A DNA stretch of 64,000 nucleotides from Alphaproteobacteria bacterium (GCA_045659785.1 JAZRCM010000011.1:4902-68901); one strand, 5' to 3'. Shown: positions 50,114-60,200, counted from the stretch's first letter. Program-made: numbers and translations. The notes: generated from the sequence alone by a model not told the origin.

Positions 50114-51178
50114 ATGGAAGAAAGAATAGTTACACCTCATGAGTTGCCGGAAGATGATAACGGAGTTAATGCTCCGGCTAATTTGCGTCCGACCTCGTTG
50201 AGTGATTTTGTCGGGCAAAAGCAAGTTTGTGAAAACTTAAAAATTTTTATTGAAGCGGCAAAAATGCGTGGAGAATCGTTAGACCATGTGTTGTTGTTCG
50301 GACCTCCGGGATTGGGAAAAACAACCTTGGCTTCTATTGTTGCAAAAGAATTAGGAGTCAATTTTAAGGCAACATCCGCACCGATGATTACAAAATCAGG
50401 AGATTTGGCGGCAATTCTCACTAATTTGGAAGCAAATGACGTATTGTTTATTGATGAAATTCATCGTTTGAATCCGGCTATTGAAGAAGTTTTATATTCG
50501 GCGATGGAAGATTTTCAACTTGATTTGATTATCGGAGAAGGTCCGTCGGCTCGTTCTGTCAGACTTCCGTTGCAGCCGTTTACTTTAGTCGGAGCTACTA
50601 CACGTTCCGGATTGCTTTCTACACCTTTACGTGAACGTTTCGGTATTCCTTTACGTTTAGATTTTTACTCTCCGGAAGACTTGGAAAAAATAGTTCTTCG
50701 CGGAGCTCGATTGCTGAATGTTCCGATGTCACCTGAAGGGGCAAGAGAAGTTGCTCGCCGTTCGAGAGGAACGCCTCGTGTTGCCGGTCGATTGTTACGA
50801 CGAGTTCGTGATTTCGGGGCAGTTATTTGTGATGGTGAAATCGGAGAAAAAACTGCAGATATGGCCTTGCAAAGATTAAATGTCGATAAATTCGGGTTAG
50901 ATGCTTTTGATAAACGCTATTTGAATTGTATTGCCAAAAACTACGGCGGAGGTCCGGTCGGAGCGGATACTTTAGCTGCAGCCTTATCGGAAGAAAGAGA
51001 TACCATTGAAGAAGTTATTGAGCCGTTTTTGTTAAAACTGGGCTTTTTACAAAGGACTCCGAGAGGACGTGTTATTTCTGATTTGGGATGTGAATATTTG
51101 AGGATTCCGAAATTGCGTAAAAATGTAAAGCAATATAGCGAACAAGATGATTTATTCGGGAGCGAAGATAATGAGTAA
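50114..51178 (+). CDS. ruvB: Holliday junction ATP-dependent DNA helicase RuvB
   Basis: Walker [10 protein letters not shown], Walker [11 protein letters not shown], sensor and winged-helix domains. Confidence 0.95.
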   Translation: MEERIVTPHELPEDDNGVNAPANLRPTSLSDFVGQKQVCENLKIFIEAAKMRGESLDHVLLFGPPGLGKTTLASIVAKELGVNFKATSAPMITKSGDLAAILTNLEANDVLFIDEIHRLNPAIEEVLYSAMEDFQLDLIIGEGPSARSVRLPLQPFTLVGATTRSGLLSTPLRERFGIPLRLDFYSPEDLEKIVLRGARLLNVPMSPEGAREVARRSRGTPRVAGRLLRRVRDFGAVICDGEIGEKTADMALQRLNVDKFGLDAFDKRYLNCIAKNYGGGPVGADTLAAALSEERDTIEEVIEPFLLKLGFLQRTPRGRVISDLGCEYLRIPKLRKNVKQYSEQDDLFGSEDNE

Positions 51179-51611
51179 GGTTGAAACTGCACAAGGTAAG
51201 TTTGAAGGAAATAAGTTTTATTTTCCGGTAAGAGTATATTATGAAGATACCGATGCCGGCGGTATAGTTTATTATGCTAACTATTTGAAGTTTGCGGAAA
51301 GAGCTCGTACCGAATATGTGAGAGCAATCGGTTTGCGACAACAAGATGCCTTAGAACAAGAAGAAAAAGCTGCATTTGTAGTTCGTCATTGTGATATTGA
51401 TTATAAATCTCCGGCGGTTTTGGATGATTTGTTGACCGTAGTTTGTGAAGTTACGGAGTTTGGAGGGGCTTCAGTGGTGATGCACCAAGATATTATGCGA
51501 GGAGATGATGTTTTGGTCAGTTTAGACATTAAAGTTGTTTATGTTTTGTTGAAAAATAAACGACCGTCCCGTTTGCCGGCAGAACTTATAAAAAGTTTTA
51601 AGGGGGAATAA
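51171..51611 (+). CDS. ybgC: Tol-Pal-associated acyl-CoA thioesterase
   Basis: 4HBT hot-dog fold ([15 protein letters not shown]). Overlaps the ruvB stop. Placed ruvB-ybgC-tolQ as in alphaproteobacteria. Confidence 0.8.
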   Translation: MSKVETAQGKFEGNKFYFPVRVYYEDTDAGGIVYYANYLKFAERARTEYVRAIGLRQQDALEQEEKAAFVVRHCDIDYKSPAVLDDLLTVVCEVTEFGGASVVMHQDIMRGDDVLVSLDIKVVYVLLKNKRPSRLPAELIKSFKGE

Positions 51612-51615
51612 AGAA

Positions 51616-51648
51616 AAAACCGTCGAATTATGATATTCGGCGGTTTTT
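51616..51648. terminator. Bidirectional terminator (aaccgtcgaattatgatattcggcggtt + T run)
   Basis: Repeated almost identically at 52589-52618, so it is part of the duplicated unit. Confidence 0.5.
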
Positions 51649-51668
51649 TGATTGTTTTTCAGAGTTGC

Positions 51669-52502
51669 TTACATATCTGCATGAACATAAGTATGTTTTT
51701 TCTTTTTCGGTTCCTTGTTTGTGCAATATGTATCAATGACAAACAGGAAGGCGATAAAACACAGTATGTAGGTGAATGAATATATCCACCAAGTGCTCGG
51801 AACAATCTCTCCGTACTTGAGGGTTTCTTCATCAATCAGCTTTTCAGATGCAAAAAATGTGTCTCTGAATTGATAAACATGGACATTCTGTCCTTCCACT
51901 AATGGTTCTTTGGTGCAAATGTCTTTTGAGTAGTGCAAAATTCCGTGAGGATTGTTGTAGTAAACGATGTTGTTCTCTACGCTCGAAATCGTTCCTTGCC
52001 CGACATATTTACTGCTTTCATAATCTAAAGCGACTATTATAATAATAGCTAAAGGAATCAAAAAGCAGATAATTTTGCCCTCTGTTGATACATTGACAAA
52101 TACAACAACCAGTATCAATACGATGATACCGACAATCAGGCAATTCGTTGAGGTTTCAGTATCGGAAAATTCGGTTTCTTTCAACATGTCCCTAATTGCG
52201 CGAGCATCTTCAAGATTTACTTTGCTGATTGCGTACTGGTCATCACAACGATAGACATAAACTCCGGTTGTATCTTCAACTAAAATACGCTGAAGAGCCC
52301 AACTCGGATTAGCTAAGTCTTCGGTGTTGGGAACAATATAAGTTACATCGGTGCTGTCTTTTTCAACACGGATATACTTATCACGAACAATCTCACATTT
52401 TTCGGCATAATCAATCAATTCACACTCGGTATCGATATGGTTGCAGGCAGTAAATGCGGACAACAACACGATACTGGTCAAAAACAGAAAAATCTTTTTC
52501 AT
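51669..52502 (-). CDS. Lipoprotein with Cys-rich N-domain, TM hairpin and C-terminal domain, tandem paralog 1
   Basis: Lipobox LLSAFTAC. CxxxxC..C..C cluster. DARAIR motif. 2+1 TM helices. NPHGIL and VPSTWWIY blocks are shared with the next gene. Confidence 0.55.
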   Translation of the reverse strand: MKKIFLFLTSIVLLSAFTACNHIDTECELIDYAEKCEIVRDKYIRVEKDSTDVTYIVPNTEDLANPSWALQRILVEDTTGVYVYRCDDQYAISKVNLEDARAIRDMLKETEFSDTETSTNCLIVGIIVLILVVVFVNVSTEGKIICFLIPLAIIIIVALDYESSKYVGQGTISSVENNIVYYNNPHGILHYSKDICTKEPLVEGQNVHVYQFRDTFFASEKLIDEETLKYGEIVPSTWWIYSFTYILCFIAFLFVIDTYCTNKEPKKKKHTYVHADM

Positions 52503-52588
52503 AAGCGTGTATTTTAATAAGTTAATAATTTTTTTTCGTGCGAAAAATATACATCACCACAAAAGTAAAGTCAATTTTTTTAATAAAA

Positions 52589-52618
52589 AAACCGTCGAAT
52601 ATAAAAATTCGGCGGTTT
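52589..52618. terminator. Terminator (aaaaaaaccgtcgaatataaaaattcggcggttt), a copy of the 51616 element
   Basis: Same stem sequence as the 51616-51648 hairpin. Confidence 0.5.
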
Positions 52619-52638
52619 GTTTTACGGTCATTTGAAAA

Positions 52639-53523
52639 CTACTCTTTGTTGTCTTCTTTTACCTCCTCAACGCTGTGTTCGTAGAACATCTTGTTTTTGT
52701 GTCGGCAGAAGATAAATTGCCAAAGTGCATATATGACAAGAAGTACGGCGATGAGATAGAAAACAATAAACGATGCTATAAACGTTATGGTGTAAATCCA
52801 CCAAGTGCTCGGAACAGTTTCCGAATACTGAAGAGTTGCATCGTCAATTCGCTTTTCTGAAGCAAAGTACGTGTCTTCAAACTGATAGATGTTAACTTCC
52901 TGACCTTCGTGCAGAGGTTTGCTTGTGCAAATGTCGTTCGAATGTTGCAAGATACCGTGAGGATTGTCCACATATACAACATTGTTTTCAATGTTAGTGA
53001 CGGTTCCTTTTCCTATAAATTTTACGGCTTCTACATCAGCAGCAGTTGCGATGATTATAAAGCCTATCGGAATGAATAACAGCAAGAACTTGATGCTGTC
53101 TTTGCTTGTCATAGAGAAAAGTATGAAAACAATCAGTGCTATAACGAGCACAATTCCGCATCTTGCGGCAATTTTCCAATTGCTGAACTCTTCACTTTTT
53201 AAGACATTACGAATAGCGCGGGCATCGTCTACGTTAATTTTGCTGATGGCATATTTGTCATCACACTTGTAGATATAGACATTTTCGCCGTCGTTAACCA
53301 GATTTCTGACTAAAAACGAGGCGGATGGCTCCAAGAAGTCCTCAGTATTGGGGACCATGTAGAAGACATCTGCACTATCTTTTTCAACGCAGACATACTC
53401 GTCAGTAACTACCATGCAGTTTTCGGCATAGTCAACAAGTTCACACTCTGTATTGATTTTGTTGCAGGCAGTAAATGCGGACAACAAAACAATTCCGGTC
53501 AAGAATAAAAAAACTTTTTTCAT
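52639..53523 (-). CDS. Lipoprotein, tandem paralog 2 (roughly 55-60% identical to paralog 1 by eye)
   Basis: Same architecture and collinear motifs as 51669-52502. Own TTGACT-type promoter and conserved aaagtcaattttttta upstream motif. Confidence 0.55.
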   Translation of the reverse strand: MKKVFLFLTGIVLLSAFTACNKINTECELVDYAENCMVVTDEYVCVEKDSADVFYMVPNTEDFLEPSASFLVRNLVNDGENVYIYKCDDKYAISKINVDDARAIRNVLKSEEFSNWKIAARCGIVLVIALIVFILFSMTSKDSIKFLLLFIPIGFIIIATAADVEAVKFIGKGTVTNIENNVVYVDNPHGILQHSNDICTSKPLHEGQEVNIYQFEDTYFASEKRIDDATLQYSETVPSTWWIYTITFIASFIVFYLIAVLLVIYALWQFIFCRHKNKMFYEHSVEEVKEDNKE

Positions 53524-53691
53524 AAGCTGGAAATTTAATGTGTTAATAATTTTTCTTTATGGACAAAAATTTATACTAAACGGATGAAAAAGTCAATTTT
53601 TTTATTTAAAATGCTATAAATTAATTGATTTTTTAACTTTTTATAGTAGGTTATGCTCAACTATCAGTATGTCAAATTTTATGAGGTAAAA

Positions 53692-54435
53692 ATGGAAACG
53701 CAAACTTTAGCAGATGTTGCAAACGGCAGTTCTATGTCGATGTGGGATATGATTTGGAATTCTGACTTTGTTACTCAGGTGGTAATGATCGGTTTGATTT
53801 TGGCTTCGGTATGGTCTTGGGCGATTATTATTGACAAAGTTGTTACTTTAAGAGATGTAAGACGTCGTTCTCGCAGTTTTGAGTCTAAATTTTGGTCTGG
53901 CGGTTCATTGGATAAGCTTTATGAAAATATAGATAACACTCCTGATAATCCGATGGCGGCAATGTTTGTTGCGGCAATGAGAGAATGGCGTCGTACCAAT
54001 ATTATGAAATCCAAAACTGACAGAGGTTTGCGAGGTGTTTCTTTGCAACAAAGAATTGAAAAAGCGATGGCTGTATCAATGGATAAAGAGATTGAAGCTC
54101 TTGATACCAAAATGGGGTTTTTAGCTTCTACCGGTTCGGTTGCTCCGTTGGTAGGTTTGTTTGGAACGGTTTGGGGAATTATCGACTGCTTTAATGCTAT
54201 CGCTGCAACGCAAAGTAATTCTTTAGGGGCGATTGCTCCGGGTATTGCGGAAGCTCTTTATACAACCGCTTTCGGTTTGATTGCCGCTATCCCTGCGTGG
54301 GTTGCTTATAATAAAATTTCTGCTGATATTGACAGTTATGCTAATAAACTTGAAAATTTTTCTGCTGAATTTTCAAGCATTTTATCTCGTGAAATTGATG
54401 ATACTGCGATTAGGGCTGATATGGCAGGTGAATAA
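53692..54435 (+). CDS. tolQ: Tol-Pal system protein TolQ
   Basis: MotA/TolQ/ExbB family. 3 TM helices and the conserved C-terminal GLxGTVxG motif. Start at the ATG with a gaggt RBS. Confidence 0.85.
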   Translation: METQTLADVANGSSMSMWDMIWNSDFVTQVVMIGLILASVWSWAIIIDKVVTLRDVRRRSRSFESKFWSGGSLDKLYENIDNTPDNPMAAMFVAAMREWRRTNIMKSKTDRGLRGVSLQQRIEKAMAVSMDKEIEALDTKMGFLASTGSVAPLVGLFGTVWGIIDCFNAIAATQSNSLGAIAPGIAEALYTTAFGLIAAIPAWVAYNKISADIDSYANKLENFSAEFSSILSREIDDTAIRADMAGE

Positions 54436-54905
54436 TGGCATATTTGTTAAGAACAAAAACAAGTCGCCGCAGAAGTCGTCGTAATGCCGAGGTTAATATG
54501 ACAAACCTCATGGATATTATGATGGTTTTGTTGGTGGTGTTTATGGTTACGGCTCCTATGATGACATCGGGGATTGCTCTCGATTTACCTAAAGTAGGAG
54601 GTAAAAATTTAGTAGGAAAAGAAACAACCTTAAATATCAGTGTTGATGAGGCCGGTTATTATTACATCGGTAAAGAAGAAATTCCTGCCGATGAAATTGT
54701 AAATAAAGTAAAAGCCGTAAGAGATGCTAATCCGGAAATAAGTGTTATAATTTCCGGAGATACCGGAGCTCAATACGGTAGAGTTTTGGGGTTGATGGCT
54801 TTGCTTAAAAATGCCGGTTTTGATAAAGTAGGGTTAAAAACCGATCCGGCTCCTAACAGTAATGTAAAAACTCAAAATAATAATGTAAAAACAAAGAAGA
54901 AGTAA
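54435..54905 (+). CDS. tolR: Tol-Pal system protein TolR
   Basis: ExbD/TolR family. Single TM with conserved Asp (NLMDIMMVLLVVF). Confidence 0.8.
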   Translation: MAYLLRTKTSRRRSRRNAEVNMTNLMDIMMVLLVVFMVTAPMMTSGIALDLPKVGGKNLVGKETTLNISVDEAGYYYIGKEEIPADEIVNKVKAVRDANPEISVIISGDTGAQYGRVLGLMALLKNAGFDKVGLKTDPAPNSNVKTQNNNVKTKKK

Positions 54906-54909
54906 AAAA

Positions 54910-55872
54910 TTGAGAAAATCGTCCTTATATAAATCACTGGCTTTGCATTTGGTTGTCGTTATTTTAACGGCAATTGATGTGTCAGTGCTGTGGCGTAAGG
55001 ATATGTCGTTAGACCAAGTGCCGATTATTGTCGATTTGAATGAGGTGAAACTTTCAGAGTTGACCAATCTTCCGACTAAAGCAGAATTTGGCGAAAAAAA
55101 TACTCCGGCAACTAAGGTAAAAAAAGAACAACCGAAGGCAAAAGAAAAAGAACAGCCGAAACAAGATGAGCCTAAAGAAGTAAAAGTTGAAAAGACAAAA
55201 GAAAAAACTCCGCAAAAGGAAGAACCTGTAAATCCTAAAAAAGATTTTATCGTTCCTCCCGAGCCGGAAAAGAAGCCTGAGCCTAAGAAAAAACCGGAAC
55301 CTAAGCCTAAACCGGCCCCTAAGCCTCAGCCTAAAAAGAAAGAAGTTGCCAAGAAAAAGCCGGAGACTAAAAAGCCTGCTCCCAAAAAATCAGAACCGGT
55401 TTTAGCTAATCCGCTAAAAGATTTGTTGGCCTCCGTTGACAATATGGAGAAAAAACTCGGTGAACAAAATGCAAATGCAACCATCAAGACCGGTACTAAG
55501 GTTAACAATATGGGAATAGAGGGCGGTATCGGAGGTTCATATTTTAGCGACTTATCAATTTCCGAAGCCGATGCTATTGCCGGAAGATTACGTGCTTGTT
55601 GGAATTTGGACCCCGGAGCAATGGGGATTGAAGACATGATAATAGAAATCAGAGCTTCGCTCAATAAGGACGGAACCGTCAAAGATGTTGATATTTTAGA
55701 TAAAGCAAGATATAACAGTGACAGACACTTTAAGGCGGTTGCCGATAGTGCAAAACGTGCGGTTTATATTTGTGCTCCTTATGGTATTTTGTCGCAAAAA
55801 TATCCGCATAAGTATGATATGTGGAAAACGATGTTGTTAAGGTTTAATCCGATTAATCATAGTGTGAATTAA
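54910..55872 (+). CDS. tolA: TolA-like protein
   Basis: N-terminal TM anchor, long K/E/P-rich domain II, small C-terminal globular domain. TTG start per the ORF track. Confidence 0.65.
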   Translation: MRKSSLYKSLALHLVVVILTAIDVSVLWRKDMSLDQVPIIVDLNEVKLSELTNLPTKAEFGEKNTPATKVKKEQPKAKEKEQPKQDEPKEVKVEKTKEKTPQKEEPVNPKKDFIVPPEPEKKPEPKKKPEPKPKPAPKPQPKKKEVAKKKPETKKPAPKKSEPVLANPLKDLLASVDNMEKKLGEQNANATIKTGTKVNNMGIEGGIGGSYFSDLSISEADAIAGRLRACWNLDPGAMGIEDMIIEIRASLNKDGTVKDVDILDKARYNSDRHFKAVADSAKRAVYICAPYGILSQKYPHKYDMWKTMLLRFNPINHSVN

Positions 55873-55885
55873 TTAAGGAAATAAT

Positions 55886-56617
55886 ATGGCAGAAATAAGA
55901 AAAATTTTGCTTAAGAGATTGTTTGTAAACAGTACAAAATATTGTATCAGAAAATGGCATGAAATGGCGTTATTTTCGATTGTAAATGCTATTTTTATGA
56001 TTGTCGGTTTTAAGTTTATTAACGGATGGCAAGATAAACTTTTTTTATTGTGGCTAATCCCTTACTATATGTTTTGGTATTCGTTTTTCCGTTTTTATTT
56101 TGAACGAAAACCATATATGATAACATCAAAGATTTTTGAAACATTGATGCCGTCTTCGCGTATTTTCGGTTTGATGTTGTTTTTTACAACTCTGCTTATC
56201 GCTATTCCGTTGGTAATTCCGTTTATTAGTGATAACCACTCTTGGGTGGATAGATACATATTCTATCTGCAAAAACATATGGAAGATCCGTTGATTTTGA
56301 ATACGATAACCATGGTTATATTCAGTATTGCTTCGCCGTTTATTTTTTATCGCCCGATGATGGGGTGGATTGGTTCGGTTATCGGTCGTAGCGGCTTACT
56401 TTCTAGCGCATACGCACGCACAAAAGGAAACTATTGGGAATTTTTATTAATCACCATCGTTTTTAATTTGGTGTATTCAATAATGCAATTTTGTGACAAT
56501 CATTTGGGAACAGCAGGATGGTTAACAATTTTGTTAGGTTCTCCCGTGGTCGTGTTTATGAACGTGATTTTAGCAAAAACATACGAATATTTCTTTTTGG
56601 AAATAGACAACGGTTAA
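55886..56617 (+). CDS. Polytopic membrane protein, hypothetical
   Basis: 243 aa, about 6 TM helices, no family recognised. Occupies the position where tolB would be expected. Confidence 0.45.
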   Translation: MAEIRKILLKRLFVNSTKYCIRKWHEMALFSIVNAIFMIVGFKFINGWQDKLFLLWLIPYYMFWYSFFRFYFERKPYMITSKIFETLMPSSRIFGLMLFFTTLLIAIPLVIPFISDNHSWVDRYIFYLQKHMEDPLILNTITMVIFSIASPFIFYRPMMGWIGSVIGRSGLLSSAYARTKGNYWEFLLITIVFNLVYSIMQFCDNHLGTAGWLTILLGSPVVVFMNVILAKTYEYFFLEIDNG

Positions 56618-56642
56618 AAGATTTTTCTTAATTTTGCTACGT

Positions 56643-57302
56643 TTATTTTAATATTTTCAAAATAGCGACAACTTTCGCCAAGCAAGACAATTTATTTAAA
56701 TTACTGATTGTTATTGGCGGATATAAAGGGTTGTCGGATATTATTTGTGCATTGTGCTCAAATTCGTTAAAACAAAGGCGTTTTATAAATAATTCTCCTT
56801 GTAATTCGAACAAATAAATACCGTCATATTCAGGTTTTGTAATTGATGTGTCAACAATGGCTATATCTTTGTCGCATACTGTGGGCAACATGGTGTCTCC
56901 GCGCACAATAATTGCTTTCAGTGAATGTATGGAAGCGGAGCCAAGATTGTTGAAAAAGTTTTTGCTGATAGGATATTGTCCGACAACCGGAGCGGATAAT
57001 CCTTTTCCTTCCGTTGTGGCGCAGTCAATAATATCTGCAAAAAATATTTGCTCATCGGTTGTTGATGATTTTTGTGTCGGTTGAGGAATTTCGTTTGAAA
57101 AACCGGAATTGAATTTGGTTAGAGCTTCCAAATCGAGATTGAAAAATTGTGCGGCAGGTAAAACTTTATCAACCGGTAAATCTCTTTTTCCACATAAAAG
57201 TTCTGATATTCGAGGCTTTTTCCAATTCAATGCTTCAGCGGCATCTTGTTGGCTGATTTTGTTTTGACGCATATAATCTCTTAACCATTTCCATTTTGAC
57301 AT
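56643..57302 (-). CDS. Phage CI/LexA-like repressor (XRE HTH + S24 peptidase domain)
   Basis: N-terminal HTH (NKISQQDAAEALNWKKPRISEL). C-terminal S24 fold (IVRGDTMLPT; FIKRL with catalytic Ser/Lys spacing). Confidence 0.75.
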   Translation of the reverse strand: MSKWKWLRDYMRQNKISQQDAAEALNWKKPRISELLCGKRDLPVDKVLPAAQFFNLDLEALTKFNSGFSNEIPQPTQKSSTTDEQIFFADIIDCATTEGKGLSAPVVGQYPISKNFFNNLGSASIHSLKAIIVRGDTMLPTVCDKDIAIVDTSITKPEYDGIYLFELQGELFIKRLCFNEFEHNAQIISDNPLYPPITISNLNKLSCLAKVVAILKILK

Positions 57303-57398
57303 ATTTTCTTCCTTTTACCAAATATGTATTTTTTATATTACGATAATTCATTTAAATCAAGTAATAGTTGCGTATCAGAATAAAAATATCAACATATT

Positions 57399-57435
57399 TA
57401 CATAAAATGTATTGACAACAATTACATAAAATGTA
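57399..57435. promoter_or_regulatory. Two copies of the palindrome tacataaaatgta (57399-57411 and 57423-57435) flanking a ttgaca -35 hexamer, candidate repressor operators
   Basis: Read directly. Located in the divergent region between the repressor gene and the rightward gene. Confidence 0.45.
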
Positions 57436-57457
57436 TTTTATTTTTGCGGAGGTCAAT

Positions 57458-57955
57458 ATGAAAAAATATGATGAAACATACATTGATAAAGCTAAATGTA
57501 TAAAAGATGGTTTTATTCGCACTAAAAAAGGCGTTTGTAAAATGACGGTTTTGGAAAGGTTATATCATAAAGGAAAACTTGATTTCGGTTCATCAGGAGC
57601 AGGAGCTGTTGACCGCCTAAAAGCCGGAGAATATTTGGCATCAGATTATGAAAAAGGGCATTTTAACGTAATCGGTTCCGCTTGGGGCGGCGAGAAGGTA
57701 GATTGCGGAAATTCCAATGTTTCAAACGGTGTTTTAACCGAAATGAGAAGTCGCTATTTTATGGCGGCAAAATCCGTTCCGTCAGAATTTTGGCCCATTG
57801 TCAGAGCTGTTTGTATTGAAAATAAATTACCGGAAATTGACAATTCTTATTCTGAAAGGAAAAGAGGAGAAATTGCGTATTTGCAATATTGTGACCTGTG
57901 TCGTGGTTTGGACAGATTAATAGAATTTTATCATAAGACAAAAATACAACTATAA
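57458..57955 (+). CDS. Hypothetical protein (prophage early region)
   Basis: Start at the ATG after a gcggaggt RBS. Cys-containing. No family recognised. Confidence 0.4.
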   Translation: MKKYDETYIDKAKCIKDGFIRTKKGVCKMTVLERLYHKGKLDFGSSGAGAVDRLKAGEYLASDYEKGHFNVIGSAWGGEKVDCGNSNVSNGVLTEMRSRYFMAAKSVPSEFWPIVRAVCIENKLPEIDNSYSERKRGEIAYLQYCDLCRGLDRLIEFYHKTKIQL

Positions 57956-58058
57956 GTATATATTAAATTATGTTTTGCAAATTTCTGTTATTAATTGTAA
58001 AAAATGATTTTTAATAATTTTAGGTTGTGTTATAGGTTGTTTATAAATGGAGGTTTTT

Positions 58059-58373
58059 ATGAAAATGGAACTAATTACTGCAAAGAAAACAAAGGTATCT
58101 CCGCAAAATATTACGGATGGGATATATGGTTTGATTAATTTACTTTCAAATACAGACTTAAATAATAAGCAATCTATATTGATATATAACATATTATACG
58201 GAGCTTATGCCTTATTGAAAAGATATGAAACAGCAAGCAGGGAATCTTTACTTATCGCATCGGTTGAGGAGGATAATGATAATATGCGTAAATATATCGA
58301 AACTTTACATAAAAATGCTCTTCATGATGAGGTTATAATTCCTATGATAGTGGCGGAAAATATAGATATTTGA
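58059..58373 (+). CDS. Hypothetical protein
   Basis: ATG 5 nt after a ggagg RBS. About 104 aa. Confidence 0.35.
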   Translation: MKMELITAKKTKVSPQNITDGIYGLINLLSNTDLNNKQSILIYNILYGAYALLKRYETASRESLLIASVEEDNDNMRKYIETLHKNALHDEVIIPMIVAENIDI

Positions 58374-58551
58374 AAAGTTATCCACAACCTTAATTAGATA
58401 ATATTGACTTTTTCGACGGTTTGTGGTATGTATTTTTTCTAGAATGGAACAGGTGGCTTCAGAGATAAGCTGCCTGTTTTTTTGTGTGAAATTTGACCGA
58501 AGAGAGTATGTTATTTTCTTCGGTTTTTTTATTTTTAGGAGAGAATAAAAA

Positions 58552-59274
58552 ATGGCAAACGAAACTTATAACATTTTACAAGGCATATTTAACGGACAAA
58601 CACCGATACAACGCAGTAATCCGGTGAGCGGAGAAAGCAATTATTATTATATGAAACCTAATCAAAATTCTTATACTCCGTTGTCACAAATGCAAACCGT
58701 TGATGTGCCGTCGGCAACAACTCCAAATCCGTATTTGAGGGAGGGATATGGTAATTCGTATTCTAAAAACTCTTTTGGAGATTATTTTGCAGAAAATATT
58801 ACGGATAAGACTATGACTGATAATAAAGAAAAATTTGATATAAACAGATTTATGAAAATATATGCAGAGAATTTAAATAATTTAAATCCTGGATATAGAA
58901 TTGGCGAGACAGCGAATAATCTTTATGAAGGGAAAAGTTTTTTGAGAAACGCCAAAGTTCACGGATTAGATAATTATGTTCATCGTTTAGCGATGTGTCA
59001 AAACGCACAAGACGGAATAGACAAGTACTTATATACACAAGGGATGGGATTATTAAACGAAGCAAAGGATTTAATTGAAAAAACGGAGTTTTCTAGACTT
59101 AATGAAAAAGAGGTGAGAGAAAAATTTGTTAATGACCTTATAGACTCTGGAAAGGATATAAAAAATAACTTTGAAGGAGCAAATTGGGGCTTGCTTAATC
59201 CAAATAAATCTTGTATAATGTGGCTTAAAGATTTAGATTATAAAAACAATGTTTGGAAGAATAAAAATGATTAA
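58552..59274 (+). CDS. Polymorphic-toxin-like protein 1: conserved 60-aa N-terminus + unique C-terminal domain
   Basis: The first ~60 residues (MANETYNILQGIFNGQTPIQR.NP.SG.SNYYYMKPNQNSYTPLSQMQTVDVPSATTPN) are nearly identical to 59430-59921. The C-terminal 180 aa are unrelated to it. Preceded by two terminator hairpins. Confidence 0.5.
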   Translation: MANETYNILQGIFNGQTPIQRSNPVSGESNYYYMKPNQNSYTPLSQMQTVDVPSATTPNPYLREGYGNSYSKNSFGDYFAENITDKTMTDNKEKFDINRFMKIYAENLNNLNPGYRIGETANNLYEGKSFLRNAKVHGLDNYVHRLAMCQNAQDGIDKYLYTQGMGLLNEAKDLIEKTEFSRLNEKEVREKFVNDLIDSGKDIKNNFEGANWGLLNPNKSCIMWLKDLDYKNNVWKNKND

Positions 59275-59362
59275 AGAATTTAAGTTAATATGCAAGACCA
59301 CGTTAATTTGCATGGGTGTAACTTTTTTTGTTATTGCTCCCATTGTGGGATTATTTTTATAA
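59267..59362 (+). CDS. Tiny single-TM protein (31 aa, MIKEFKLICKTTLICMGVTFFVIAPIVGLFL) overlapping the toxin-1 stop, immunity-like
   Basis: ATG embedded in the aatgattaa stop context. Related to the 45-aa protein at 60190-60327. Confidence 0.3.
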   Translation: MIKEFKLICKTTLICMGVTFFVIAPIVGLFL

Positions 59363-59429
59363 CAGAAAGTAATTTTTTTACAAGCCGCTCTTTAATTAGG
59401 GCGGTTTTTGTTTTTGGTAGAATATAAAA

Positions 59430-59921
59430 ATGGCAAATGAAACTTATAATATTTTACAAGGCATATTTAACGGGCAAACTCCGATACAACGCACTAACCC
59501 GATGAGCGGACAAAGCAATTATTATTATATGAAACCTAATCAAAATTCTTATACTCCATTGTCACAAATGCAAACCGTTGATGTGCCGTCAGCAACAACT
59601 CCAAACCTGTATTTGACGGAAGAGGAACCTAATTTTATAGAAAAAGGTATTTCTTTAATTCAAGACGGAGTAACGGCTTTCAAATATTATAAGGAAATGG
59701 ATGAAACAAATAAAAAGCTTATAAATATGTATGGAAAAGGGGCTTTTGATTTTGTTAGAAAAAATAATAGGCCTTGGACAGAAGTATCTGCAGATGCGAT
59801 AAAGGACTTGACGAACAATCGCTATGGTTCTAAAGTCGGTTATAGTAATAGAGAGGCAAATTGCAGAGATTTGTTGGGACATTTAAGGACAGGAAATATG
59901 ATAAATGCAGGTATTAAATAA
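59430..59921 (+). CDS. Polymorphic-toxin-like protein 2: same N-terminus, different C-terminal domain
   Basis: 163 aa. N-terminal 60 aa match protein 1. The C-terminus (..GSKVGYSNREANCRDLLGHLRTGN..) is unrelated to it. Confidence 0.5.
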   Translation: MANETYNILQGIFNGQTPIQRTNPMSGQSNYYYMKPNQNSYTPLSQMQTVDVPSATTPNLYLTEEEPNFIEKGISLIQDGVTAFKYYKEMDETNKKLINMYGKGAFDFVRKNNRPWTEVSADAIKDLTNNRYGSKVGYSNREANCRDLLGHLRTGNMINAGIK

Positions 59922-60102
59922 AATACTGGATGTGTTATTAAAGATAACTATATTTCCTTACATTATCGTTCTGTTATTGTTTATCGGATATAAAATTTAT
60001 GAACATAATGTAAAAAAGGAATATATTGAAGCTTGTTTAAAACATGAGAAGAATGTAGAGGTCTGTTCTCAAGAAGCAAATAAAGTTTTTGATGAAATGT
60101 GA
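59905..60102 (+). CDS. Small TM protein with CX8C (65 aa), immunity-like partner of toxin-like protein 2
   Basis: Overlaps the 3' end of 59430-59921. Single TM helix then ...EACLKHEKNVEVCSQ. Paralog at 60525-60692. Confidence 0.4.
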   Translation: MQVLNKILDVLLKITIFPYIIVLLLFIGYKIYEHNVKKEYIEACLKHEKNVEVCSQEANKVFDEM

Positions 60103-60107
60103 AAAAT

Positions 60108-60200
60108 TGATATGGCTTGCAAAACCCGAATAAATCTTGTATAATGTGGCTTAAAGATTTAGACTACAAAAATAATGTTTGGAGAAAAAATGATACGAGA
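60108..60200 (+). pseudogene. Orphan 3' fragment of a toxin-1-type C-terminal domain (..NPNKSCIMWLKDLDYKNNVWRKND)
   Basis: About 80 nt nearly identical to 59197-59274. No start codon or N-terminal region. Confidence 0.45.
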
